Of a stretch of 64,000 nucleotides of DNA, positions 37,135-46,882 are shown in pieces. The notes beneath the pieces were generated by a model that worked only from the letters and a program-made list of their open reading frames with translations, had not been told where the DNA came from and did no database searches. Source of the stretch: an uncultured Candidatus Saccharibacteria bacterium. Lineage in GTDB: Bacteria > Patescibacteriota > Doudnabacteria > UBA920. Every line of letters starts with the position of its first letter. Position 1 is the stretch's first letter. A program made the translations under genes and the position numbers. The stretch covers positions 4,325 to 68,324 of the forward strand of contig CAZEKH010000005.1 of assembly GCA_964512925.1 (NCBI GenBank). Reading direction: 5' to 3'.

Positions 37135-37797
37135 ATGCCTGATAAATATAAAACAATAGATCAAGCAAATTTTGAGCTAACTCAAAAAAAAGATTTAGCA
37201 AAAAAAATAACCAAACCTTTGAAAGCGGCATTTTTAGCATTGATGGATGAGCTTTCTGCAGACTTAAATAAACAGTCGGTGATAAATACAGAAAAACAAA
37301 TTTCTTTATTAAGGGTGGGGAGAAGAGCGGATCGGGATGGTTTAAGAAGTGAATATTTTAAGTTAAATTTTGAAGGGAAAGATTATTTTGTAAAAAAAAT
37401 TTATAAAAATTTTTCCCGATATGGGGGAGGCTCCCAAGAAGTTGAGGGAATGCAAGTGGCTAAAGAACTACTAAAGGATTATCCTTGGATTGAAATTCCA
37501 GACTATCAGCTCGGCTATTTTGACGGAAAAAATTCATACTTAATAAGTTCATGGAATCCTGCACTTGAAATTGATTTGGAGCAGTATTTAAAATATAAAA
37601 TTCCTAAAACAGAAAAAAATTGGAAAACGGTTCATGAAATAAAAAAAAGAGTGGGGTTAGTTTCAGAAAGATTGGAATATAAGTTTTCAGATCTAGAAGA
37701 TTATAATATATCGTATGATCCTAAAACAGATAAGTTAATACTTTTTGACTTAAAGTATTTAAAAAAACCCATTAAGAATTTTCAAACCAGTAAATGA
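37135..37797 (+). CDS. hypothetical protein
   Basis: 220 aa; 4 nt after metG stop. Confidence 0.4.
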   Translation: MPDKYKTIDQANFELTQKKDLAKKITKPLKAAFLALMDELSADLNKQSVINTEKQISLLRVGRRADRDGLRSEYFKLNFEGKDYFVKKIYKNFSRYGGGSQEVEGMQVAKELLKDYPWIEIPDYQLGYFDGKNSYLISSWNPALEIDLEQYLKYKIPKTEKNWKTVHEIKKRVGLVSERLEYKFSDLEDYNISYDPKTDKLILFDLKYLKKPIKNFQTSK

Positions 37798-37873
37798 GCC
37801 TTTGATAAAAAAATCGGCGGAGTCGGTTTGGGCTTGTTGCAACAAAAGCCCGCACCTTCTCCGCCAGGAGCTG

Positions 37874-38128
37874 TCAAATATTTGCGATGTTCTTTTTCGC
37901 TTGTTTTCTTGCTTCCAGCTCCTCCTTTTTGTAAGTTTTGTTCACGCGCATTTTTGGTGCTTTTTTTGCACCTTGAGGGATCCAAATCACTTTCAGACTG
38001 ACCCCGTCTTCTTCCACAACCAGCACTGTTCCGGCTGGCATTCGGTCGGGAACACCATCAAGCATGAAATAAGACACACCCACCTTTATTTTCTGTTTTT
38101 TGATCGACATACACATCCTTTGCCTCAA
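37874..38128 (-). CDS. hypothetical small basic protein
   Basis: 84-aa ORF (alt start MSIKKQKI); divergent from tatD; perfect palindrome GCCTCAAGTTGAGGC just upstream. Confidence 0.3.
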   Translation of the reverse strand: MRQRMCMSIKKQKIKVGVSYFMLDGVPDRMPAGTVLVVEEDGVSLKVIWIPQGAKKAPKMRVNKTYKKEELEARKQAKKNIANI

Positions 38129-38163
38129 GTTGAGGCTGAATAATTATAATTTATAAATTTTTT

Positions 38164-39219
38164 TTGTCAATGCTAATCGACACCCACGCTCACATTAACT
38201 TTAAAGCTTATGAAGACGACGCAGAGGAAGTTTTGCGCAGGGCTTTTGAGAGTGGGGTTATGGTTATAAACGTGGGGACGCAGTTGGACACTTCAGAGCA
38301 GTCTGTTAGGCTTGCTGAGAGGTACTCTAAAAAAAATATCCCTCCTCACTCCTCCCTTAATTTAAGGGAGGAAGCAGCACAATTACCCCCTCTTAAGGTA
38401 AGAGGGGGTCAGGGGGGTGATATTAAGGCGGTTTATTCCGTAGTTGGACTTCATCCCGTTCATACTTACTCCCAGCACGTAGACGAAGAAGAGAGTCATT
38501 TTAAAACGCGGGAAGAAAAGTTTGACTATGAGGCGTATAAAAAATTGGCACAAAATGATTTGGTGGTGGGGATTGGGGAATGTGGACTTGATTATTTTAG
38601 ATTGAAGATTGATGATTTAAGATTGCCAATAGAACAAATTAAAGAAAATCAGAAACAGGCATTTATGCAACAGGTGAGGCTGGCAAAGGAACTAAACAAA
38701 GCTTTGGTCATACACTGTAGGCCTTCGGAGGGGACGAGTGATGCGTATGAAGATATACTGGCAATTCTGGATTCAGAATTGCAAATTTCAAATATCAAAT
38801 TACAAAATTCAACAAACTCCGCTACACCCTCTACCCTAAACCCTAATCCCTTTCGTTTTGAGATCCACTCTTTTACTGGTACCCCCGACATAGTCCAAGA
38901 GTTTTTAAAGCGTGGCGCGTATGTGGGGCTAAATGGTATAATTACATTCGGAGACCGAAAATCAAAAAATATAGCGACGTCCGCCTCGGGCGGAGATAAG
39001 AGTGGAAACATGGACAATGTTTTGAAAACTGTCCCTTTAGACCGTATTGTCCTTGAAACTGACAGCCCGTATCTTACGCCAAAACCAAACCGGGGCAAAA
39101 GAAACGAGCCTTCCTATGTCCGTTTTGTTGCCGAACATATTGCTCAAGTAAAAAATATAGATTTTGCCCAAGTCGAAGAGCAAACCACAAAAAACGCAAT
39201 TAATTTGTTTAAGTTATAA
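38164..39219 (+). CDS. tatD: TatD-family metal-dependent DNase/hydrolase with in-frame palindromic insertion
   Basis: 351 aa; 'IDTHAHIN', 'VGLHP', 'IGECGLDY', 'ALVIHCR', 'LETDSPYL' TatD blocks. Confidence 0.8.
   Translation: MSMLIDTHAHINFKAYEDDAEEVLRRAFESGVMVINVGTQLDTSEQSVRLAERYSKKNIPPHSSLNLREEAAQLPPLKVRGGQGGDIKAVYSVVGLHPVHTYSQHVDEEESHFKTREEKFDYEAYKKLAQNDLVVGIGECGLDYFRLKIDDLRLPIEQIKENQKQAFMQQVRLAKELNKALVIHCRPSEGTSDAYEDILAILDSELQISNIKLQNSTNSATPSTLNPNPFRFEIHSFTGTPDIVQEFLKRGAYVGLNGIITFGDRKSKNIATSASGGDKSGNMDNVLKTVPLDRIVLETDSPYLTPKPNRGKRNEPSYVRFVAEHIAQVKNIDFAQVEEQTTKNAINLFKL
38335..38424. repeat. nested double-hairpin element inside tatD (CTCCCTTAATTTAAGGGAG, CCCCCTCTTAAGGTAAGAGGGGG; outer arms AATATCCCTCC/GGGGGGTGATATT)
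   Basis: 90 nt = 30 codons encoding KKNIPPHSSLNLREEAAQLPPLKVRGGQGGDIKA between RYS and VYSVVGLHP. Confidence 0.7.
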
Positions 39220-39223
39220 ATTT

Positions 39224-39691
39224 ATGGGAGAAAAACCAGATTTTTTAAGGACTGAATTTATGGCTGGGGCTAAAAGTCCAAGAGAACAGATTGAAAGAAC
39301 AATAGAACATCAGAAAGATTTGCTTTATAACATTAGTTTAAAGATTGCTGAAAAATCTGTTGATGGAAATAAAAGTACCTATGAATGGGTTCAAAATAGA
39401 CATAAATTTATATTCGAAAAAGAACTAAAATTAGCAAATACTTTTACACTTACGTCAGGGGATGAGAAATGGGAAAATCATTTAAGTACACCAATTGCTG
39501 GGCAACTTAGAGTTACAACCTTTAAAGGTGGAGAATATGCTCAAGTTGTGTCCTCCTATGGTTTTTTAAAAGTTCTGGATACACACATAACAAATTTAGA
39601 AACAGGAAAAACCGATGAGGAAATTAAAGAATATTTAATTGAAAAAGTTAAGGATATATTGGAGAATTGGGCATTGTTAATGCCAGAATAA
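39224..39691 (+). CDS. hypothetical protein (internal start of ORF 39164..39691, just after tatD stop)
   Basis: 155 aa. Confidence 0.35.
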   Translation: MGEKPDFLRTEFMAGAKSPREQIERTIEHQKDLLYNISLKIAEKSVDGNKSTYEWVQNRHKFIFEKELKLANTFTLTSGDEKWENHLSTPIAGQLRVTTFKGGEYAQVVSSYGFLKVLDTHITNLETGKTDEEIKEYLIEKVKDILENWALLMPE

Positions 39692-39774
39692 TTATAAAGT
39701 TAACTATTCAAAAAAAAATTAAAAACCCACTGCGCTGCGACGTGAAATTTAGGGACAAAACTTTTTTAATAAAA

Positions 39775-42393
39775 ATGTCAAGTAGATATAATCCACAGAA
39801 AATTGAAACTAAGTGGCCCTCCTACGCTAAAGCTACGAAGGGCAGGCAAAAGGTTTCTAAATATAAACCCCAGGAAATTGAACGTAAGTGGCAGTCACTG
39901 TGGTTTAAGAAGAAGCCTTTTTCTGCTGTGGAAAATAAGAGAAAGAAAAAATACATTTTAGTTGAGTTTCCTTACCCTTCGGGAGCGGGTTTACATATGG
40001 GGCACTTAAGGCCGTATGTGGCGGCAGATGTAACTGCTAGGTTTTTGCGCCTTACCGGGCATGAGGTTTTGTTTCCTATGGGCTGGGACGCGTTTGGGCT
40101 GCCGGCGGAAAACTACGCCATAAAAATGGGAGTGCACCCGACCATAACCACCAAGAAAAATGTGGCGAACGCAAAAAAACAAATGTTGTCGTGGGGGCTT
40201 TCTTTTGACTGGAAAAGGGAGATAAACACAACTGACCCTAACTACTACAAATGGACGCAGTGGTTGTTTTTGCAATTTTTCAAAAAAGGTTTGGCGTTTG
40301 AAAAAACCGGACTTATAAACTGGTGTCCAAAAGACAAGACAGGGCTTGCCAACGAAGAAGTAATAGACGGCAAATGCGAACGCTGCGGAACAGTAGTTGA
40401 AAAAAAAGAACTTCGCCAATGGTACCTAAAAATCACAGACTACGCTGAGAAATTATTAGCTGGTCTAAAGGATTTAACCGAATGGCCTGAAGCAGTCAAG
40501 CTTCAGCAGGAAAATTGGATAGGGAAAAAGACGGGCATAAACATTACATATGAGATTGAAGGTAAAAACAAAACAATAACTTGTTTTACCACGCGTCCTG
40601 ATACTAATTTTGGCGCAACTTTTATCGTTATTGGTCCTGAGCATCCTTTGATACAGCAAAATGAACTTGGTATTCAGAACTATGACGAAGTTAAAAGGTA
40701 TATCGAAAAAGCAAAGGAACAGACTGAGCAAGACAGGACTGCGGAGAATCGCAAAAAAACAGGAGTCTTTACTGGGCTATATTGCATAAATACTTTAAAT
40801 AACTACAAGATGCCTTTGTATGTAGCAGATTATGTTCTTGGAAATGTGGGCACAGGGGCTGTGGTCGGGGTGCCTGGGCACGACAAACGGGATTTTGAGT
40901 TTGCGCAAGTTTTTGGTATTGAAGTAAAAAGAGTTGTGCAAAAAAATGTAGACGATACTGGAATTATTGACCATATAGACAAGGTTCAAGAAGAAGAAGG
41001 GAAGATGGTAAATTCCGGTTTCTTAAATGGGCTTGATATTCACGAGGCCACTGAGAAAATAATGGACTATATGGAAAGTGAGGGTTATGGTAAAAGAGTT
41101 ACCAACTACAAACTCCGTGACTGGGTGTTTTCGCGCCAGCGTTACTGGGGAGAGCCGATACCTTTAATTCATTGCGATCCGCCAGCTGGCGGATGTGGCG
41201 TTGTGGCTGTACCGGAAAAAGATTTACCGGTTAAACTTCCAAATGTAAAAAAATACGAACCGACGGGAACAGGAGAGTCGCCGCTGGCTGGCATAGACAA
41301 ATGGGTAAATACCAAATGCCCGAAGTGCAAAGGCCCGGCTAAAAGGGAAACCAACACCATGCCTCAGTGGGCGGGCAGCTCGTGGTATTGGCTTAGGTAT
41401 TTGGACCCTAAAAATACCAAAACTTTTTCCGACATAAAAAAACAGAAATATTGGACACCGGTAGATGTGTATTTTGGCGGGATGGAACACACGACTTTAC
41501 ATTTGCTTTATTCACGTTTTTGGAATTTGTTTTTATACGACCAAAAGCTGGTTACAGAAAAAGAACCTTACAAGAGGCGTTTTCCGCACGGGATAATTTT
41601 GGGCCCAGATGGGGAAAAAATGTCTAAGAGTAGAGGCAACGTGGTGGATCCGCAGAAATTGGTCAAAGAATTTGGCGCTGACGCGGTACGTATGTATCAG
41701 CTGTTTTTAGGTCCTCACGGGGATATGATTGCTTGGAATGACCAGGGGATAGTCGGAGTGAAAAGGTTTTTGGATAGAGTTTGGAGTTGGGCACAGCAAT
41801 TGAATATTGAAGATATAAGATTGAAGATTGTAGACAGTGAGATAGTAGAACGGGAGATAAACAAACTGGTTAAGAAAATCACTGAGGACTTGGAAGCAAT
41901 GCGGTTTAATACCTGTATTTCGGCTTTTATGTCGTTTTTAAATGAAGTCAAAGACGAGCAAGTGTCTTTAGAAACAGTTAGAAAGTTTTTGATTCTTTTG
42001 AGCCCGTTTGCGCCGCATATTGCTGAAGAACTACTTGAGAGAGTTAGAGAGTTAGAGAGTAAGAGGGTGAGTAGATCAGTTAATCAGACAATCAGTAAAT
42101 CAGAAAGTCAGAAAGTCAAAACAAAACTCCCTCCAACCCCCTCTTTGTCAAAGAGGGGGAGCAAGGGGGAGTTCGCAGAGTGGCCTCAGTGGGACGAGAG
42201 TAAAATTTTAGAAGCTACAGCAGAGATCATCGTCCAGGTTAACGGCAAAGTCAAAGGCAAGGTAGTTGTGCCAAACCAAAGCAGTGAAGAAGTGGTAAAA
42301 GAAGCTATGCTGAAACTCCCGCAGTTTTCGTCTCTTGGTGAAATAAAAAGAACAATCTATGTGCCCAATAGACTTATTAACTTAGTTATTTAG
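39775..42393 (+). CDS. leuS: leucine--tRNA ligase; start uncertain (ORF opens at 39667)
   Basis: 'PYPSGAGLHMGHLRPY' HIGH motif, 'GEKMSKSRGNVVDP' KMSKS, CP1 editing domain, C-terminal 'QVNGKVKGKVVV'. Confidence 0.9.
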   Translation: MSSRYNPQKIETKWPSYAKATKGRQKVSKYKPQEIERKWQSLWFKKKPFSAVENKRKKKYILVEFPYPSGAGLHMGHLRPYVAADVTARFLRLTGHEVLFPMGWDAFGLPAENYAIKMGVHPTITTKKNVANAKKQMLSWGLSFDWKREINTTDPNYYKWTQWLFLQFFKKGLAFEKTGLINWCPKDKTGLANEEVIDGKCERCGTVVEKKELRQWYLKITDYAEKLLAGLKDLTEWPEAVKLQQENWIGKKTGINITYEIEGKNKTITCFTTRPDTNFGATFIVIGPEHPLIQQNELGIQNYDEVKRYIEKAKEQTEQDRTAENRKKTGVFTGLYCINTLNNYKMPLYVADYVLGNVGTGAVVGVPGHDKRDFEFAQVFGIEVKRVVQKNVDDTGIIDHIDKVQEEEGKMVNSGFLNGLDIHEATEKIMDYMESEGYGKRVTNYKLRDWVFSRQRYWGEPIPLIHCDPPAGGCGVVAVPEKDLPVKLPNVKKYEPTGTGESPLAGIDKWVNTKCPKCKGPAKRETNTMPQWAGSSWYWLRYLDPKNTKTFSDIKKQKYWTPVDVYFGGMEHTTLHLLYSRFWNLFLYDQKLVTEKEPYKRRFPHGIILGPDGEKMSKSRGNVVDPQKLVKEFGADAVRMYQLFLGPHGDMIAWNDQGIVGVKRFLDRVWSWAQQLNIEDIRLKIVDSEIVEREINKLVKKITEDLEAMRFNTCISAFMSFLNEVKDEQVSLETVRKFLILLSPFAPHIAEELLERVRELESKRVSRSVNQTISKSESQKVKTKLPPTPSLSKRGSKGEFAEWPQWDESKILEATAEIIVQVNGKVKGKVVVPNQSSEEVVKEAMLKLPQFSSLGEIKRTIYVPNRLINLVI
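42036..42173. repeat. composite insertion in leuS 3' region: tandem GAGAGTTA and AATCAG/AAGTCAG repeats followed by nested palindrome AACTCCCTCC..CCCCCTCTTTGTCAAAGAGGGGG..GGGGGAGTT
   Basis: encodes ERVRELESKRVSRSVNQTISKSESQKVKTKLPPTPSLSKRGSKGE between conserved APHIAEEL and WPxWDE blocks. Confidence 0.65.
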
Positions 42394-42486
42394 GTTTTTG
42401 ATTTTAGTATCGAACAAAAACAAATACAATGACAAACTTAAGAAATAAATCTTTCAATCTTAAATCATTAAATCATAAATTTTAAA

Positions 42487-43635
42487 GTGCTTCTAAATTT
42501 CCATCTTCCATCCTATTTCACCAAAAGCGTAAAAAAAGAAATTGGCGAACTTTATGCCCATAGCGCCATACTAAATATGGCATCTTCAATGATGCTTTTG
42601 TTTGAACCGATTTTTTTGTACGCGGTTTTGGGTTTTTCCATAAACCAGGTAATGCTGTTTACCGCTATCGTCTACGGGGTTTATATTGTTTTTATCCCTT
42701 GGGGAGGAAAAATCGCTTCCTTTTACGGGTACAAACACGCCATAGCATTAAGCGTGCCGTTCCAAATCATCTACTGGGCAATGCTTATAGCTTCGCAGGA
42801 TGCGAGCCATCTGGCTTTTGCCGCGGGCATATTTTACGGACTTTCCAAATCTTTATATTGGCCTGGATTTCATAGCCTGATGGCCAGGTATGCTGACCAG
42901 GGACAAGTGGGACGCGAGTTTGGCGTGGTTTACGCGCTTATAAGCATCACTCATATAGCCGGGCCGTTTTTGGCCGGATATATATCCCAAAATTTTGGCT
43001 TTACTGCCAGCTTTATAATCGTAATGATACTTCAAGCAGGAAGCCTTTTGCCTTTATTTAAGGCAAAGGAAGTTTTTTTGCCAAAGGTATATAGCTATAG
43101 TCAGACTTTGGCTTTGTATCGGCAGTTTCCGAAAAAAGCATTGGGCTACTTGGGTTTTGGGGAAGAAATGCTGGTCTTAAACATTTGGCCGATATTCATA
43201 TACATTGTAGTGAAAAACTACGAAGAAGCTGGACTTTTGGCCACTGGCTCAAGCCTTGTCGCCGCGCTCTTGGCTTTAATAGTTGGAAAAATTACGGACC
43301 AATACTCAAAAAGAATTCTCATAAAACTAGGAGCTTTTTTTACAGCAATGATTTGGATTGCAAGATACATAGCCAATTCCGCAGGTACTGTTTTTGCAAC
43401 TGACACCATGTCACGCGCCAGTAAGGAGATGGCTTTCATACCGATTTCCACTGCCACCTACATCCGCGCGGAAAATACCCACGTGGTGCCGTATGTGGTA
43501 TTCTTTGAACAGAGTTTGGCAATTGGCAAACTCCTTGCCTGTATCCTTGGCATAATTATATTCTCGCTTACTGGCAGTTTTATGGCTTTGTTTGTGCTCG
43601 GTGCTTTGTTTAGTTTGCTTTATATGTTTATTTAA
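42487..43635 (+). CDS. MFS-type transporter
   Basis: 382 aa, ~12 TM helices. Confidence 0.5.
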   Translation: MLLNFHLPSYFTKSVKKEIGELYAHSAILNMASSMMLLFEPIFLYAVLGFSINQVMLFTAIVYGVYIVFIPWGGKIASFYGYKHAIALSVPFQIIYWAMLIASQDASHLAFAAGIFYGLSKSLYWPGFHSLMARYADQGQVGREFGVVYALISITHIAGPFLAGYISQNFGFTASFIIVMILQAGSLLPLFKAKEVFLPKVYSYSQTLALYRQFPKKALGYLGFGEEMLVLNIWPIFIYIVVKNYEEAGLLATGSSLVAALLALIVGKITDQYSKRILIKLGAFFTAMIWIARYIANSAGTVFATDTMSRASKEMAFIPISTATYIRAENTHVVPYVVFFEQSLAIGKLLACILGIIIFSLTGSFMALFVLGALFSLLYMFI

Positions 43636-43697
43636 TAGCAGTTAGTAAGTAGTGGTTAGGGGTTAGGCTAGAATGATAGAAAATAGAGTTAAAAAAT

Positions 43698-44510
43698 ATG
43701 AAAGAAAAATCAAGATTAAAACCAAATGAATTATTTTTTTCTGAAAGAAGTGCGGTTGCCAGGGAGATTTTAGCTTCAAGAAATCTTGAAAGAAGTTATT
43801 CAAAAACCAATAATGAGTTTGAAATTTACAGGGATGCAATTGATTATATTGTGGGCATGGGTGGTTTAAGTCATGCGTTAAAACAAGCAAAAGATGTAGA
43901 AGGTTTGAATGTTTTAGACTTGGGTGCTGGATCAACTAAAGCAATATCGCAGTTTAGAGATTCAGAGTTTGGCAAGGGTTTAAATTTCTACGCCACAACT
44001 TTATCGCATAACTCGGCTATTTCTGAGAATTTGGGGAATGAAAATACAGCTATAACATCTATAGAATCTTTTAGATCAAAAAATATTCCTATGTCGGGTT
44101 ATGGATTGGTAATGAGTAATCATGGATTTGGCTATTCCGATAAACTAGGTCTGGCTACAGGAAATTTAAAAAACTTATTAGTTGATGGGGGGGTGTTTAA
44201 AGCAAGTATGCCTTACGATTATATAGTTAGAAAAGAAACTAGGTATGGTGATTTAATTCATAAAGAACCTGAAGTAATATATAAAATTTTACAAGAAGCA
44301 GGATTTGATGTTTTTTTGGCTAAACACGTTTTTGATGGTAATGATAATTTTGCAGTTATCACAGCTGTTAAAAATGGTAATAGCGGTTCCGCGAGAGTTA
44401 TTTATGAGGCAGATCTTTCTGACTATCTCAATCAGGCTAGAAAATTAGCTGTATCCCAGAAAGATATTGAATTTTTAGATAATCTGATAAGCCAAAACCA
44501 ACCTAATTAA
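43698..44510 (+). CDS. putative SAM-dependent methyltransferase
   Basis: 270 aa; 'LNVLDLGAGSTKA' motif I-like. Confidence 0.4.
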   Translation: MKEKSRLKPNELFFSERSAVAREILASRNLERSYSKTNNEFEIYRDAIDYIVGMGGLSHALKQAKDVEGLNVLDLGAGSTKAISQFRDSEFGKGLNFYATTLSHNSAISENLGNENTAITSIESFRSKNIPMSGYGLVMSNHGFGYSDKLGLATGNLKNLLVDGGVFKASMPYDYIVRKETRYGDLIHKEPEVIYKILQEAGFDVFLAKHVFDGNDNFAVITAVKNGNSGSARVIYEADLSDYLNQARKLAVSQKDIEFLDNLISQNQPN

Positions 44511-44595
44511 ATGAAAAAAAATAAATTCCAAATTAAATATCAGAGCATGGAGTGGTAGTTTTTGTTTGGCTTAAAGTTTTAGGCATAACATTAAG

Positions 44596-44618
44596 ATTCC
44601 CGTTTTCACGGGAATGAC
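44596..44618. repeat. TCCCG/CGGGA hairpin element (GATTCCCGTTTTCACGGGAATGAC) in the glyA leader
   Basis: same GGGAATGAC family as 4712, 48621, 49393. Confidence 0.5.
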
Positions 44619-44629
44619 AATAAGGACAT

Positions 44630-45880
44630 ATGAATTATCCAAACATCAAAAACCAAGATCCCAAACTTTACGAAATAATCAAACGCGAAGAGCAGAGGCA
44701 GAAAGAAGGTATAGAGCTTATCGCTTCGGAAAATTATGTTTCTCCGGCAGTTTTGGAAGCTATGGGCAGTATACTAACCAACAAATATTCAGAAGGCTAC
44801 CCGGGAAAAAGATATTATGGCGGCAATGAAGTTATAGACGAGGCGGAAAATTTGGCCATAGAAAGAGCTAAGCAGCTATTTCAGGCAGAGCATATAAACG
44901 TCCAGCCGCTGTCCGGCAGTCCCGCAAACCTCGCAGTTTATATGGCGCTTTTAAATCCTGGCGACAAAGTATTAGGCTTTTCCTTAGATCAGGGAGGGCA
45001 CTTGTCCCACGGACATCCTATGAATTTTTCCGGAAAGTTATATACCATAATCCCGTATTTTGTAAAAAAAGAAACTGAAGTCATAGATATGGACGAAGTG
45101 GAAGCAATAGCTTTACGCGAAAAACCGAAGATGATCTTGGCGGGTTTTTCTGCCTACTCACGTTCTTTGGATTGGAAAAGGTTTAGGGAAATAGCGGACA
45201 AGGTTGGAGCGTACTTATTTGCCGACATAGCGCACATAGCCGGGCTGATTGCCGGAAAGCAGCTTGAAAATCCTGTTCCTTACTGCGATGTGGTTTCTAC
45301 AACTACTCATAAAACTTTGCGTGGGCCAAGAGGGGCGATGATTATGTGTAAAGAAAAATTTGCATCAGCTATCGATAAAGCAGTTTTTCCGGGAGTGCAA
45401 GGCGGACCGCACGACCATATAAACGCAGCTAAAGCAGTTTCTTTTTTGGAAGCCTTAAGACCGGAATTTCAGGAGTATTCCAAACAAGTAATTTTGAACG
45501 CTCAGGCTTTGTCGTCAGTGCTTATTGGTAAAGGTTATAAAATTATTTCTGGCGGTACAGACAACCACCTGATGCTTGTGGATTTATTCGGCTCAAAAGG
45601 CATAACCGGAAAAGAAGGGGAGAAGGCTTTAGAAAGTGTTGGTATTTCCATAAACAAAAATATGGTTCCTTACGACACAAGAAAGCCTCTAGATCCTTCT
45701 GGTATTCGGCTTGGCACACCTGCGCTTACCACCCGCGGATGCAAAGAAGAAGATATAAAAATTGTTGCGGAGTTGATAGATAAGAGTTTAATGAACAAAG
45801 ATAATGCAGAAAAACTGAAATCCATAAAACAGGAAGTTAAGGAATTTTCACTTAAATTTCCTGTTCCCGCGATAGATTAA
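44630..45880 (+). CDS. glyA: serine hydroxymethyltransferase
   Basis: 416 aa; 'ELIASENY', PLP-Lys region '[12 protein letters not shown]'. Confidence 0.9.
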   Translation: MNYPNIKNQDPKLYEIIKREEQRQKEGIELIASENYVSPAVLEAMGSILTNKYSEGYPGKRYYGGNEVIDEAENLAIERAKQLFQAEHINVQPLSGSPANLAVYMALLNPGDKVLGFSLDQGGHLSHGHPMNFSGKLYTIIPYFVKKETEVIDMDEVEAIALREKPKMILAGFSAYSRSLDWKRFREIADKVGAYLFADIAHIAGLIAGKQLENPVPYCDVVSTTTHKTLRGPRGAMIMCKEKFASAIDKAVFPGVQGGPHDHINAAKAVSFLEALRPEFQEYSKQVILNAQALSSVLIGKGYKIISGGTDNHLMLVDLFGSKGITGKEGEKALESVGISINKNMVPYDTRKPLDPSGIRLGTPALTTRGCKEEDIKIVAELIDKSLMNKDNAEKLKSIKQEVKEFSLKFPVPAID

Positions 45881-45989
45881 GGTTAAATACTACCATACCA
45901 CATAGTATTGTAGTATTTAACGAATAAAAAAATATATTAAATAATTTAAATCCGATATATTTAGTATTTGAAAAGTATGTCGCTGTTTT

Positions 45990-46796
45990 ATGGTCAATAA
46001 TTTATTTCAAAGTTTTATTTTAGGAGCGGTTCAGGGGCTTGGTGAGTTTTTGCCTATTTCTTCTTCCGGGCATTTGGTGCTTGTCCATGCGTTGTTTAAA
46101 AAAGATTTAGGTCTGGGTTTTGACGTTATGCTCCACTTAGGAACTCTTATTGCAGTCGTCTTTTATTTCAGGCAAGATATTTTAAACATGGCCCGCGGGT
46201 TTTGGCACAGTCTTTTTAGAAAGACAAGAGATTTAAGTAGTATTTACCAAAAATTACCCATAATGGTTCTAGTCGCCACACTGCCGGCGGTTATTTTTGG
46301 AATAATCTTAAAACCATACGCGGAAACAATATTTAGAAACCCGGTTTTAGTAGCCCTTTCTTTAGCTGTTTTTGGTATTGTGATTTGGCTTTCTGAAAAA
46401 TTCGGTAAAAAAAGTTTAGATTTAAACAGCATTACTTTGAAGAGCGCTTTGGTTATTGGTTGGTTTCAGGCTTTGGCAATTGTTCCCGGAGTTTCCAGAA
46501 GCGGCGCAACTATTGCGGCCGCTATGTTTTTGGCATATAAACGGCCAGACGCAGCGCGCTTTAGTTTTTTGCTTTCATTGCCAATAATTTTTGGCGCTGT
46601 GCTTGTTGAAGCTAATAATATTGAGCTTTCTGAAATAAATTTAGAATTAGCAGTAGGTTTTATTAGCTCCCTGTTTTTTGGTTTTTTTGCTATTAAATAT
46701 TTACTTAAATATATTTCAAAAAACAGCTTCAATGTTTTTGTCTGGTATAGGCTCGCTTTGTCAGGTTTGATTTTATTGGTATATTATTTAAAATAA
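45990..46796 (+). CDS. uppP: undecaprenyl-diphosphate phosphatase
   Basis: 268 aa; 'GLGEFLPISSSGHL' and 'PGVSRSGATI' BacA motifs. Confidence 0.85.
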   Translation: MVNNLFQSFILGAVQGLGEFLPISSSGHLVLVHALFKKDLGLGFDVMLHLGTLIAVVFYFRQDILNMARGFWHSLFRKTRDLSSIYQKLPIMVLVATLPAVIFGIILKPYAETIFRNPVLVALSLAVFGIVIWLSEKFGKKSLDLNSITLKSALVIGWFQALAIVPGVSRSGATIAAAMFLAYKRPDAARFSFLLSLPIIFGAVLVEANNIELSEINLELAVGFISSLFFGFFAIKYLLKYISKNSFNVFVWYRLALSGLILLVYYLK

Positions 46797-46813
46797 TCAC
46801 CTTAAAAAGATTG

Positions 46814-46849
46814 CTGTCAATCGTAACACATATGTGTCATAGTTGACAG
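46814..46849. promoter_or_regulatory. nested palindrome CTGTCAA..ACACATATGTGT..TTGACAG upstream of the PAP2 gene
   Basis: shares GTCAA-N-CACATATGTG-N-TTGAC architecture with 50263..50294. Confidence 0.35.
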
Positions 46850-46882
46850 GAATTTGTTTTGATGGGAATTTGAATTGAAATT

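Noticed and set aside
39667-39774. LeuRS start at 39667
   Set aside because: It would overlap the upstream gene and add a non-conserved basic peptide. Start moved to MSSRYNPQ at 39775, still uncertain.
44614-44829. 71-aa ORF
   Set aside because: Out-of-frame overlap with the glyA 5' end; Arg-rich artefact.
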